Shown here one piece after another: positions 43,859 through 52,130 of a stretch of 64,000 bases of DNA. Under the pieces are notes generated by a model. That model worked only from the letters and a program-made list of their open reading frames with translations. It had not been told where the DNA came from and did not search any database. The stretch's first letter is position 1; the number at the start of each line of letters is the position of its first letter. This DNA comes from Flavobacteriales bacterium (GTDB lineage Bacteria > Bacteroidota > Bacteroidia > Flavobacteriales_D > JAUILH01). The position numbers were made by a program, and so were the translations under genes. The stretch is taken from the NCBI GenBank assembly GCA_964230215.1, contig CAXRGQ010000007.1, positions 234,863-298,862 on the forward strand, written 5' to 3'.

Positions 43859-44209
43859 ATGTTAGTTACAGTTTTAAAATCAAAGCTTCATAGAGTAAGC
43901 ATAACACAAGCCGAGTTGAACTATATTGGCTCTGTTACCATCGATGAAGAATTAATGGAAGCCGCCAATTTAATTGAGGGCGAAAAAGTGCAAATCGTTA
44001 ATAACAATAACGGTGAGCGCATTGAGACCTACGTTATTAAAGGCGAACGTAATTCGGGTGTGATTTGCCTGAACGGTGCGGCGGCTCGTCGTGCTGCAGT
44101 TGGAGATGTAGTCATCATTATTTCCTATGCTATGATGGATTTTGAAGAAGCTAAGAAATTCAAACCAACTTTAGTGTTCCCAGACACCGCTACTAACAAA
44201 CTCGTTTAA
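43859..44209 (+). CDS. panD: Aspartate 1-decarboxylase
   Basis: KSKLHR, YIGSVT cleavage site and LNGAAAR motif. Confidence 0.97.
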   Translation: MLVTVLKSKLHRVSITQAELNYIGSVTIDEELMEAANLIEGEKVQIVNNNNGERIETYVIKGERNSGVICLNGAAARRAAVGDVVIIISYAMMDFEEAKKFKPTLVFPDTATNKLV

Positions 44210-44211
44210 TA

Positions 44212-45231
44212 TTGAAAGATAAGATCATCGCAGTACTTAAAATTCTTCTACCCCTGGGCGTAGGCGTTTTTTTGGTATGGGCATTTTATGATGCTTTATG
44301 CGAAGATCAAAAGGAAGAGCTCTTTGACGCTTTTAGTAATGCCAACTATATGTGGGTGCTGTTATCCCTAATTTTTGGCTTTATGAGTCATTTAAGCCGG
44401 GCTATTCGCTGGAAGTACTCGTTGGAACCGATGGGCTATACACCCAAGCTGAGTCTTCTTTATCATAGTTTGATGGTGGGTTATTTAGTGAATTACCTTT
44501 TCCCCAGAGCAGGAGAAGCCAGTAGAGCTGGTGTTCTCAAAAAGTATGGCAACGTACCGTTTGAGAAAGGTTTTGGCACCATAATAGCCGAACGTGCAAT
44601 TGATTTGGTGATGCTAGGAATCATCGTACTGATTACACTAGGACTGCAAATGGATAAGATGGATTTATTTAGTAATGCCATTGATGGTTTTGGATCAACC
44701 GAATCTTGCAGTAGTATAGATATATTCGGTTTGATGGGTAAAATAATAACCTATGGAATTCTGCTAGGGTTTGCAGCAGCAGTCATTGGTTTTGTGGCCA
44801 GTAAAAAAATTCGCGCGAAATTGTTAGAATTAGCGAAAGGTGTTTGGCAAGGCATTACAGCCATTCTTAAATCTAAAAACAAACTCCCATTTATCGGGCA
44901 TTCTATCTTTATATGGATGATGTATATTTTATTCTTCTCGGTATGTTTCCCAGCCTTTGATCAAACAGGTGACTTGGGCATTGACGCTATGATGGGCGGC
45001 TTTATTGCGGGAACCATAGGCATTGTACTCGTACAAGGAGGTATTGGCGTGTATCCAGCTTTTGTTGCGCTTATTCTGAGTATATACATGGGCGCAGAGG
45101 GCACTATTCACCCTACGGCATTAGCATTGGGGTGGATAATTTGGTCATCTCAAACCTTAATGATGATTCTATTGGGATTGATTTCCTTGTTCGCAGTTAG
45201 CCGCATGACTGAGATTAAGGCAGACGAATAA
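44212..45231 (+). CDS. Lysylphosphatidylglycerol synthase TM domain (flippase-like) protein
   Basis: RA.RW, PRAGE..R, ER..D and GGIG.Y motifs; polytopic. Confidence 0.85.
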   Translation: MKDKIIAVLKILLPLGVGVFLVWAFYDALCEDQKEELFDAFSNANYMWVLLSLIFGFMSHLSRAIRWKYSLEPMGYTPKLSLLYHSLMVGYLVNYLFPRAGEASRAGVLKKYGNVPFEKGFGTIIAERAIDLVMLGIIVLITLGLQMDKMDLFSNAIDGFGSTESCSSIDIFGLMGKIITYGILLGFAAAVIGFVASKKIRAKLLELAKGVWQGITAILKSKNKLPFIGHSIFIWMMYILFFSVCFPAFDQTGDLGIDAMMGGFIAGTIGIVLVQGGIGVYPAFVALILSIYMGAEGTIHPTALALGWIIWSSQTLMMILLGLISLFAVSRMTEIKADE

Positions 45232-45248
45232 ATTACTACATTTACCTC

Positions 45249-45740
45249 ATGAGCACTCTAGAGGGCATTAGATCTAAGATATTTACAACAGACACTTTAG
45301 CCAATTTAAAGGCACAAATGGCGGGTAAAAACTCTGCCTTTACTAATGGCTGTTTTGATATACTCCATTTAGGACATGTAACTTACTTAGCCTCTGCATC
45401 TGATTTAGGCGACTTCTTTGTGATTGGCGTAAATGCAGACGCCTCCGTTAAGCGTCTTAAGGGCCCCAGCAGACCGGTTAAGGACGAATATTCACGTGCA
45501 TTAATACTTGCAAGTTTATCCTTTGTTGACGCCGTAGTGATATTTGAGGAAGACACACCCCTCGAGCTTATAACAGAATTACGCCCTCATACTTTGATTA
45601 AGGGAGGAGATTATGATCCGAATATTACAGACAAAAACGACCCTAAATACATTGTAGGAAGAGATTTGGTTGAGAGTGTGCGGGTAATTCCGTTTGTGGA
45701 TGGGCATTCTAGTTCTGGTTTAATTGAGAAGATGAGATGA
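45249..45740 (+). CDS. rfaE2: HldE/RfaE domain II-type nucleotidyltransferase
   Basis: FTNGCFDILHLGH, SVKRLKG..RP and KGGDY motifs. Confidence 0.88.
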   Translation: MSTLEGIRSKIFTTDTLANLKAQMAGKNSAFTNGCFDILHLGHVTYLASASDLGDFFVIGVNADASVKRLKGPSRPVKDEYSRALILASLSFVDAVVIFEEDTPLELITELRPHTLIKGGDYDPNITDKNDPKYIVGRDLVESVRVIPFVDGHSSSGLIEKMR

Positions 45741-46411
45741 TTACTAAAACAATTTACGTAGACGAACTGAAGGAAAATCATGTATCCTTTCGTTTCGAGC
45801 GAGGGTATAAGAAATTTCAAACCTTTTATAATGGGAAGTTTTTAGGTGAAATGAATGGGCTTTCAGAACTTCAGTCTGGAGCTGATTACGTAAGTGAAGA
45901 TGGTAATAAAATTCATGTTAGATTAGATAAAGATCGTTCTGGAAAATCCTATTTTGAAGTAGAATATAATTCAGTTCCTGCACCAATATCACCCAGATAT
46001 CCAGTAAAAACACTTAAGCGTGCATCCAATTGGGTTTTGGCGTTTGCCATAATATCTACCCTAATTGCTAGCTTATTAATCTATTTGTTATACCCAAGGA
46101 TCCTCGAAACATTCTACGGGTATGTTTATCCAGTAATAGCCATAACGCTTTTTTACTGTTTCTTTGGTATTAGGAAGTATGACCGAACATCTCTATTTAT
46201 CGCTATTATAATTCTGAGTCTTGACCTCTTACATAAGGTTGTTTTACAAATATATCTTGACACATTTGATTCAGGATTGTTTGAACTTTTAGAAATTATT
46301 GCCTTGGTTACTCTATTTAAAGCCATTAAACCAATGAACCAAATGCAGGAAATAAAAAGGCGTTTACAGGGTAAAATGTCTGAAGATATAATTGATGATG
46401 CTACTTTTTAA
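45737..46411 (+). CDS. Hypothetical membrane protein
   Basis: Soluble N-terminus plus about 4 TM helices; overlaps the previous stop (ATGA). Confidence 0.65.
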   Translation: MITKTIYVDELKENHVSFRFERGYKKFQTFYNGKFLGEMNGLSELQSGADYVSEDGNKIHVRLDKDRSGKSYFEVEYNSVPAPISPRYPVKTLKRASNWVLAFAIISTLIASLLIYLLYPRILETFYGYVYPVIAITLFYCFFGIRKYDRTSLFIAIIILSLDLLHKVVLQIYLDTFDSGLFELLEIIALVTLFKAIKPMNQMQEIKRRLQGKMSEDIIDDATF

Positions 46412-46430
46412 GGGGGTAGTTTCTTTAGCG

Positions 46431-46492
46431 CTAATGGCGATTGGCACTATAACATGTATAAGGAATAAAGTTGCTAACTTTAGTGAGACGTT
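46431..46492 (+). repeat. Leader repeat R1 copy a
   Basis: Near-identical to 47413-47476; contains CTATAAC and the palindrome TAAAGTT-GCT-AACTTTA, and ends GACGTT. Confidence 0.92.
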
Positions 46493-46582
46493 AGCCAGCA
46501 TTGAGGAACAGTCGCCTGAAAATTTTCCACAAACAAAGCAACTTTTTACTTACCTTTAGCGTTAGTATTGTAAGACGTGACT

Positions 46583-46864
46583 ATGATTAAATCTTTTGGG
46601 TCAAAGGAAACAGAAAAAGTGTGGAATGGAATTAGATCCAAAAAACTTCCTCTTGAATGCCAGAAGATTGGCCGTAGAAAGCTAAGAATGATTAACAATT
46701 CGATTGACATAAATGACCTAAGAGTGCCGCCAGCTAATAGACTTGAAAAGTTAAGCGGTAATCTAAGTGAGTTTCATTCAATCAGGATTAACAAGCAATG
46801 GCGTATTATTTTTAAGTGGAATAATGGAAACGCACATGAAGTAGAAATTATTGATTATCACTGA
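46583..46864 (+). CDS. higB: HigB-type (RelE/ParE superfamily) toxin
   Basis: MIKSF start, DLRVPPANRLEKLSG, HSIRINKQWRIIF and EIIDYH motifs; toxin-first gene order. Confidence 0.93.
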   Translation: MIKSFGSKETEKVWNGIRSKKLPLECQKIGRRKLRMINNSIDINDLRVPPANRLEKLSGNLSEFHSIRINKQWRIIFKWNNGNAHEVEIIDYH

Positions 46865-46865
46865 T

Positions 46866-47165
46866 ATGGAAAAGTTAGATAACATACACCCGGGTGAAGT
46901 TCTTCTTGAAGAGTTTATGCTTCCAATGGAAATTACAGCTTATAGATTATCTAAATCTATTAATATTCCACAAACAAGAATTAGTGAAATTCTTAAAGGC
47001 AAAAGAAGAATCACAGCAGATACGGCACTTAGGCTCGGTAAGTTTTTTGGAAATTCTGCTAAGTTTTGGCTTGGTCTTCAAGATGATTATGATCTTGAAA
47101 ATGAGAAAAACAAAAAGCAAAAAGAGTTTGACCAAATTCAGACATGGGAAAATAACGCAGCCTGA
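46866..47165 (+). CDS. higA: HigA antitoxin (HTH-XRE)
   Basis: IHPGEVLLEEF, RRITADTALRL and FWLGLQ..YDL motifs. Confidence 0.93.
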   Translation: MEKLDNIHPGEVLLEEFMLPMEITAYRLSKSINIPQTRISEILKGKRRITADTALRLGKFFGNSAKFWLGLQDDYDLENEKNKKQKEFDQIQTWENNAA

Positions 47166-47256
47166 CAACGGGTAAATCGAAAATGCCCAAGCGTCTGAAC
47201 ACACGCACTTTGTAGCCGTCATTTAATTTGTATTTTTAAACATACAACGTTAGAGA

Positions 47257-47412
47257 CACGCGTTTTATCCTGCCCCGTTAAAACCAAAATCCCCACCCCA
47301 TAAATACATTACGTTCTCAAACATTACCTTTACCTCATAGCAAAAGTGAAAAGAGCATATTTCTGTCGGAATTGTGGAGCGCAATCACCGAAATGGATGG
47401 GTAAATGCAGCA
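47257..47412 (+). repeat. Direct repeat R2 copy a: radA upstream region plus first 25 codons
   Basis: 156 bp, identical to 48213-48368 except G>A at 47339 and 47397. Confidence 0.95.
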
Positions 47413-47435
47413 CTAATGGCGATTGGCAACTATAA
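47337..47435 (+). pseudogene. radA: radA 5' fragment with dead start codon
   Basis: ATA replaces ATG; frame reads (I)AKVKRAYFCRNCGAQSPKWMGKCSTNGDWQL-stop versus intact MAKVKRAYFCRNCGAQSPKWVGKCSSCGEWD. Confidence 0.9.
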
Positions 47436-47476
47436 CATATTATAAGGAATAAAGTTGCTAACTTTAGCCAGACGTT
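47413..47476 (+). repeat. Leader repeat R1 copy b
   Basis: Near-identical to 46431-46492 (about 5 differences including two 1-nt insertions). Confidence 0.92.
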
Positions 47477-47519
47477 GTGCGCAATTGACGTAAGGAATTA
47501 AAGCAAAGCAATTATTACT

Positions 47520-47527
47520 TATTTTTG
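47520..47527 (+). promoter_or_regulatory. Bacteroidota -7 element for mntA-hepT
   Basis: TATTTTTG immediately before ATG 47532. Confidence 0.5.
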
Positions 47528-47531
47528 TATT

Positions 47532-47843
47532 ATGATTGATTTAGTGAAGAATAACGTTAAAGGATTGCAGGATATTTGCGTAAGATATAATGTAAAATCC
47601 CTTCACCTATTTGGATCGGCTGCTAAAGGTGACTTCAATTCTAACACGAGTGACCTAGACTTTGTAGTCGAATTCAATGAATCAATCGATCCAGTTGATT
47701 ACGCAGATAACTTTTTTGGTCTTCTAAATGAGCTAAAGCAGTTGTTTAAAATAGATGTGGATTTACTCTCTCAACGTGCTCTCAGAAATCCGGTTATGAT
47801 ATCAGAAATCAATAGTTCCAAGGTACAGCTCTATGCAGCATAG
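47532..47843 (+). CDS. mntA: Minimal nucleotidyltransferase antitoxin (MNT)
   Basis: LFGS-X11-DLD Pol-beta-type motif and VDLL; about 100 aa. Confidence 0.88.
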   Translation: MIDLVKNNVKGLQDICVRYNVKSLHLFGSAAKGDFNSNTSDLDFVVEFNESIDPVDYADNFFGLLNELKQLFKIDVDLLSQRALRNPVMISEINSSKVQLYAA

Positions 47844-48168
47844 CAAGATCTTCAAATATGTTCTTGATATTGAAGCGATTTTGGAGGAAATTGATTTTGT
47901 GAAAAGCAAACACCAATCTTTTGCTGAATTTGACTATGACTTTCTTGCTAAGAGAGCGATTGAACGCCATCTAGAAATTATAGGTGAAGCTGTTAAAAAC
48001 ATTAGGAAGATTGACCCAACTATTAAAATTTCATCGGTGGAACAAATCGTTAATCTGAGAAACTTAATCATCCATGCTTATGACACGGTTGACTCAGGGA
48101 TTTTATGGGGCATAATACAAAAAGACATTCCTGTTCTGAAAACGGAAATAAGTGCTTTAAGAGAATAA
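47833..48168 (+). CDS. hepT: HEPN ribonuclease toxin (DUF86/HepT-like)
   Basis: AIERHLEIIGEA and RNLIIHAY (RX4HXY) motifs; overlaps mntA. Confidence 0.9.
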   Translation: MQHSKIFKYVLDIEAILEEIDFVKSKHQSFAEFDYDFLAKRAIERHLEIIGEAVKNIRKIDPTIKISSVEQIVNLRNLIIHAYDTVDSGILWGIIQKDIPVLKTEISALRE

Positions 48169-48212
48169 CTACACACAACTAATCCGTATATTAGATAAAC
48201 TAAACGTTGGGG

Positions 48213-48368
48213 CACGCGTTTTATCCTGCCCCGTTAAAACCAAAATCCCCACCCCATAAATACATTACGTTCTCAAACATTACCTTTACCTCATGGCAAA
48301 AGTGAAAAGAGCATATTTCTGTCGGAATTGTGGAGCGCAATCACCGAAATGGGTGGGTAAATGCAGCA
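48213..48368 (+). repeat. Direct repeat R2 copy b (functional radA upstream region and 5' end)
   Basis: Matches 47257-47412 at an offset of 956 bp. Confidence 0.95.
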
Positions 48369-49657
48369 GCTGTGGCGAATGGGACACCTATCAAGAAGAA
48401 ATTCTGGAGAGCAATACAGCTAAGTCCAGCGGTGGTTATCAAAGCAGTAAAACACATCAAAGACCGCAAGCACTTGAAGAAGTGGAATCGTCAAATTTGA
48501 AACGTGTTGGGATTAAGGATACCGAACTTTCGCGTGTGTTAGGTGGTGGCATTGTGCCTGGATCCATTGTACTCTTTGGTGGGGAACCCGGAATAGGAAA
48601 GTCCACTTTGATGCTACAAATTGCCCTGCAAGAAAATAATTTAAAAGTGTTGTATGTGAGCGGTGAGGAAAGCTCTGAACAAATCAAAATGCGCGCAGAC
48701 AGAATTGATGCGGCCAACCCCAATTGTTTTGTCTTGAATGAAACCAGCACTACACTACTTTTTCAACATTGTAACGAGTTGGAGCCTGATTTACTCATCA
48801 TTGACTCTATTCAAACCATACATACACCTAAATTAGAAAGTGCGCCTGGCAGTATTTCGCAAATACGAGAATGTACGGCTGAGATTATGCGCATGGCCAA
48901 GGATAAAGGCATTCCAGTCTTTTTAATTGGACATATCACAAAAGAAGGCTCATTGGCAGGACCAAAAGTATTAGAACACATGGTAGACACGGTGCTCCAA
49001 TTTGAAGGTGACCGCAACCATGTCTACAGACTACTCAGATCGGTTAAAAACAGATTTGGGAATACGAATGAATTGGGTATTTACGAGATGTCAGGCGAGG
49101 GCTTGCGCGCAGTGGATAATCCAAGTGAACTGCTTATTTCAAATAATGACCAGGGACTAAGCGGAACAGCCATTGGTGCCACCATGGAAGGTTTACGCCC
49201 CTTATTAATTGAAGTACAAGCATTGGTGAGTTCTGCTGCATACGGCACACCACAACGTTCTAGTACAGGCTTTGACTTAAGACGTTTAAATATGCTACTT
49301 GCTGTGCTCGAGAAAAGATGTGGTTTTAAATTAGGCAGTAAAGATGTCTTCTTGAACATTGCGGGCGGAATTCGCGTGGACGATCCCGCCATTGATTTGG
49401 CCGTTGTAAGCGCTATTATGTCTTCAAATGCAGATATTCCTGTGGACACAAGCGTTTGCTTAGCCGGTGAAGTTGGCTTAAGTGGTGAAATTCGTCCAGT
49501 AACAAGAGTTGCACAGCGTATCTCTGAAGCAGAGAAGCTAGGCTACAAACAAATCATCATCTCTAAACACAATAAGGCCGTTAAAGCGCAGGATTTTAAG
49601 ATAACCGTGCACATGGTGGGTAAGATTGAGGAGTGCATTAAGTTGATGTTTGGGTAA
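48293..49657 (+). CDS. radA: DNA repair protein RadA/Sms
   Basis: C4 zinc finger, GEPGIGKST, KNRFG and Lon-like C-terminal domain. Confidence 0.97.
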   Translation: MAKVKRAYFCRNCGAQSPKWVGKCSSCGEWDTYQEEILESNTAKSSGGYQSSKTHQRPQALEEVESSNLKRVGIKDTELSRVLGGGIVPGSIVLFGGEPGIGKSTLMLQIALQENNLKVLYVSGEESSEQIKMRADRIDAANPNCFVLNETSTTLLFQHCNELEPDLLIIDSIQTIHTPKLESAPGSISQIRECTAEIMRMAKDKGIPVFLIGHITKEGSLAGPKVLEHMVDTVLQFEGDRNHVYRLLRSVKNRFGNTNELGIYEMSGEGLRAVDNPSELLISNNDQGLSGTAIGATMEGLRPLLIEVQALVSSAAYGTPQRSSTGFDLRRLNMLLAVLEKRCGFKLGSKDVFLNIAGGIRVDDPAIDLAVVSAIMSSNADIPVDTSVCLAGEVGLSGEIRPVTRVAQRISEAEKLGYKQIIISKHNKAVKAQDFKITVHMVGKIEECIKLMFG

Positions 49658-49684
49658 ACTTGCTTAAACGAAACTCTACGACAT

Positions 49685-49710
49685 AAAAAATGCGGACAAT
49701 GCCCGCATTT
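49685..49710. terminator. Terminator hairpin between convergent genes
   Basis: AAAAAATGCGG-ACAATGC-CCGCATTT. Confidence 0.7.
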
Positions 49711-49731
49711 CCTTTAATATCTAATTTCAAA

Positions 49732-50370
49732 TTAAGCTTCTGGCTCACCGCCACCTTGTAGTGACTTAATTGAAGAAACCATTTTCTTTGCTCTCTCTAG
49801 GTTGAAGCTAGTGATCCCTTCATCACTGTAAACCTTAAATACTTGATCGTCGCCCTGCTTAACAATTCCGAACACATGATAGTGTGGGTCAACTGTGCCG
49901 TTATCATAGGTCTTTTCGAATAGAATTACATCATCTTCATCAACAACATAATCAACCTTAATGAAATCAAATCCAGCTAATTCATTCTTTTTATTCGCGA
50001 TAAAATCAATCTCTTTTCCAGCATCCTTGGCCTCCATATACTCACCAAAAGCGTCTTCAATGAAGACACAAAACTTTTCTTTCTCTTCTTGACCAATCGT
50101 AATCTTCCATCTTGAACCTTCATCAATCTCTTCCATAACATGAGGAAGTACCGAGTTCATTGGCCCATCATATTGCGGCAACATAATATTCATTGCTAAT
50201 CCGAAAGTATCTAGTGATACCTCAGACATTCCAGAGTAATCTGTCAGATCTTCTCCATCATTCTGAGTTTTCTCTTCTCCGTCAGAGCTTTTTGCATCAC
50301 CTTCTCCATCACCACCGCAAGAAGCAAGGAAAAGTGCACTACATAATAAAAATCCAAATACCTTTTTCAT
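49732..50370 (-). CDS. Hypothetical lipoprotein
   Basis: MKKVF...LASC lipobox at ATG 50370; TATATTTG at 50393-50400. Confidence 0.75.
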   Translation of the reverse strand: MKKVFGFLLCSALFLASCGGDGEGDAKSSDGEEKTQNDGEDLTDYSGMSEVSLDTFGLAMNIMLPQYDGPMNSVLPHVMEEIDEGSRWKITIGQEEKEKFCVFIEDAFGEYMEAKDAGKEIDFIANKKNELAGFDFIKVDYVVDEDDVILFEKTYDNGTVDPHYHVFGIVKQGDDQVFKVYSDEGITSFNLERAKKMVSSIKSLQGGGEPEA

Positions 50371-50428
50371 CCTTATCTGTTTGAATAAGACACAAATATA
50401 CGTTTTTGAGTGATTGGAACAAACAGAC

Positions 50429-51487
50429 TTACATCTTTTGATATTTAGCCGCATATCTATTGATGTCTACCTCATCCGGAATTCTCTCATCCTTTAGGAT
50501 GAATTTTAAAAGCAAGTTGCTGATATATGGAGCCAATGAAACACCTTTAGAACCCAAGCCATTCAAGACATACAACGATTCATACTCCGGGTGACGCCCA
50601 ATCATTGGTTTACGGTCAGGTGAAGTTGGCCTCAAGCCCGCATCATGACTTAAAATTTCGTATTTATCATCAAGCGTTTTAGATAACATCTTGTGTAGCC
50701 ACTCTAAACCAAACTCACTGGGTGCATCACTCTCAAATTTATTCTGAAAACTAGCCCCAATGCGGTAGGTCTTATCTCCTAAGGGTAGAATAAAGAATCC
50801 CTTATTAATTACACCGTCCACATTTAACAATTTATTAAACTTGACGGTGAATACTTCACCTTTATTCGGAATCACGGGTAAGTAAGAAAACCAGGGGTTA
50901 TTTCCAATTTGAGAGCCTTCACAAAAAATTACAGCACCATACTGTTCACCATTATAATGCCAGTTTCCATCGCTATGTTTCAGCGCACTGTAATCAAATA
51001 CATCTTCTATCAAACAATTATCAGCCCTAAAAAGAGTATTAAGATCTCTCAGTAGCTCGTTTACCACTATTCTGCCCGCTTGTTTAACTGAACCATTGCC
51101 AAAATCAGCCTTTACATGCTCTGGTAAGGCCGTTTCTTGCTCACTCATATAAGTAGAAAATGCTGGATAGTCACACTTATCCATCCAATCGTTTTCTTCC
51201 TGCCTACTACCGAATATTCGGATTAATTTGTGGTTATTAATGTATTTTTTAGTGCTTTTTTCTTCTATGTTCCCTAATAAAGAATATAGTTCCGACAATA
51301 CTTTGTCGATTTCCCAGCTTTTTGTGAGATTTTTAAAGCCAATTGGGTTCCACATTCCCGCCGCAATCAACGATGAGGACTTATGATGATTGTTATCGAT
51401 AATATCGAAAGATTTAGCCTCATTCACAAGCCTCCAAGCAACACATGAGCCTGCTATTCCCTGACCAATTATTAAAAAATCTTTCAT
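50429..51487 (-). CDS. FAD-dependent oxidoreductase (DAO/glycine oxidase family)
   Basis: GQGIAG, AGLRPT..DRKP and GLGSKG motifs. Confidence 0.88.
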   Translation of the reverse strand: MKDFLIIGQGIAGSCVAWRLVNEAKSFDIIDNNHHKSSSLIAAGMWNPIGFKNLTKSWEIDKVLSELYSLLGNIEEKSTKKYINNHKLIRIFGSRQEENDWMDKCDYPAFSTYMSEQETALPEHVKADFGNGSVKQAGRIVVNELLRDLNTLFRADNCLIEDVFDYSALKHSDGNWHYNGEQYGAVIFCEGSQIGNNPWFSYLPVIPNKGEVFTVKFNKLLNVDGVINKGFFILPLGDKTYRIGASFQNKFESDAPSEFGLEWLHKMLSKTLDDKYEILSHDAGLRPTSPDRKPMIGRHPEYESLYVLNGLGSKGVSLAPYISNLLLKFILKDERIPDEVDINRYAAKYQKM

Positions 51488-51588
51488 GCTTTTATGGAAA
51501 CGCTTTTAGGTCGGCATCTCATTAGCAAGACTCCGAACTGGCAATTATTAAGTTAAATCCTGATCGCAAAGGCCGCCAGTGAGGAGTC

Positions 51589-52017
51589 TTAATCTATTGT
51601 AGCAATACATTTTAATTCGATTGCGATTGGTGTAGGCAATGAATTAATCTCAACAGTCGTTCTACATGGCTGATTATCCTTAAAATACTCAGCATAAATA
51701 GCGTTATATTCCTTAAAGTCACGCTTCATATTTACTAAGAAAACAGTCACATCTACCAAGTTATCCCAGCTAGAGCCCGCATCTTCAAGGATCTGTCTAA
51801 CATTATCAAAAACAGACCTGCACTGAGCTGCAAAGTCAAATTCAATAAAGTTTCCATTTTTATCTAACTTCAATCCCGGTACATGACTATCTGTTTCGTC
51901 CGACCCAGCGACTCTTGGTCCAACCCCAGATAAGAACAATAAGTTACCAACTCTTCTTGCATGTGGATACAATCCCACAGGTTTAGGTGCTTTGCTACTG
52001 CTAATCTTTTCGCTCAT
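51589..52017 (-). CDS. RidA/YjgF family protein (2-aminomuconate deaminase-like)
   Basis: PVGLYPHA, LFLSG, PCRTTV and IELKC motifs. Confidence 0.88.
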   Translation of the reverse strand: MSEKISSSKAPKPVGLYPHARRVGNLLFLSGVGPRVAGSDETDSHVPGLKLDKNGNFIEFDFAAQCRSVFDNVRQILEDAGSSWDNLVDVTVFLVNMKRDFKEYNAIYAEYFKDNQPCRTTVEINSLPTPIAIELKCIATID

Positions 52018-52130
52018 TTCGACTTTTTTTCGAAGGTAATCAATTTGATTTTTATAGGGTAGATTTTAATAATCATCCATCCAAATTCGATATTCCTTCT
52101 ATCTTGTTTAATTTAGCACAAAATTGAACT

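Noticed and set aside
46523-46531. DnaA-box-like TTTTCCACA (also near 62412)
   Set aside because: Isolated single matches in AT-rich DNA; no cluster or oriC context
46894-47222. Alternative-frame and antisense ORFs over higA, and similar shadow ORFs over sucAB, radA and rpoN
   Set aside because: They overlap well-supported genes and show no motifs
46431-48368. CRISPR array or IS element explanation for the repeats
   Set aside because: Only two copies of each repeat, separated by whole genes; no cas, transposase or integrase ORF in the window
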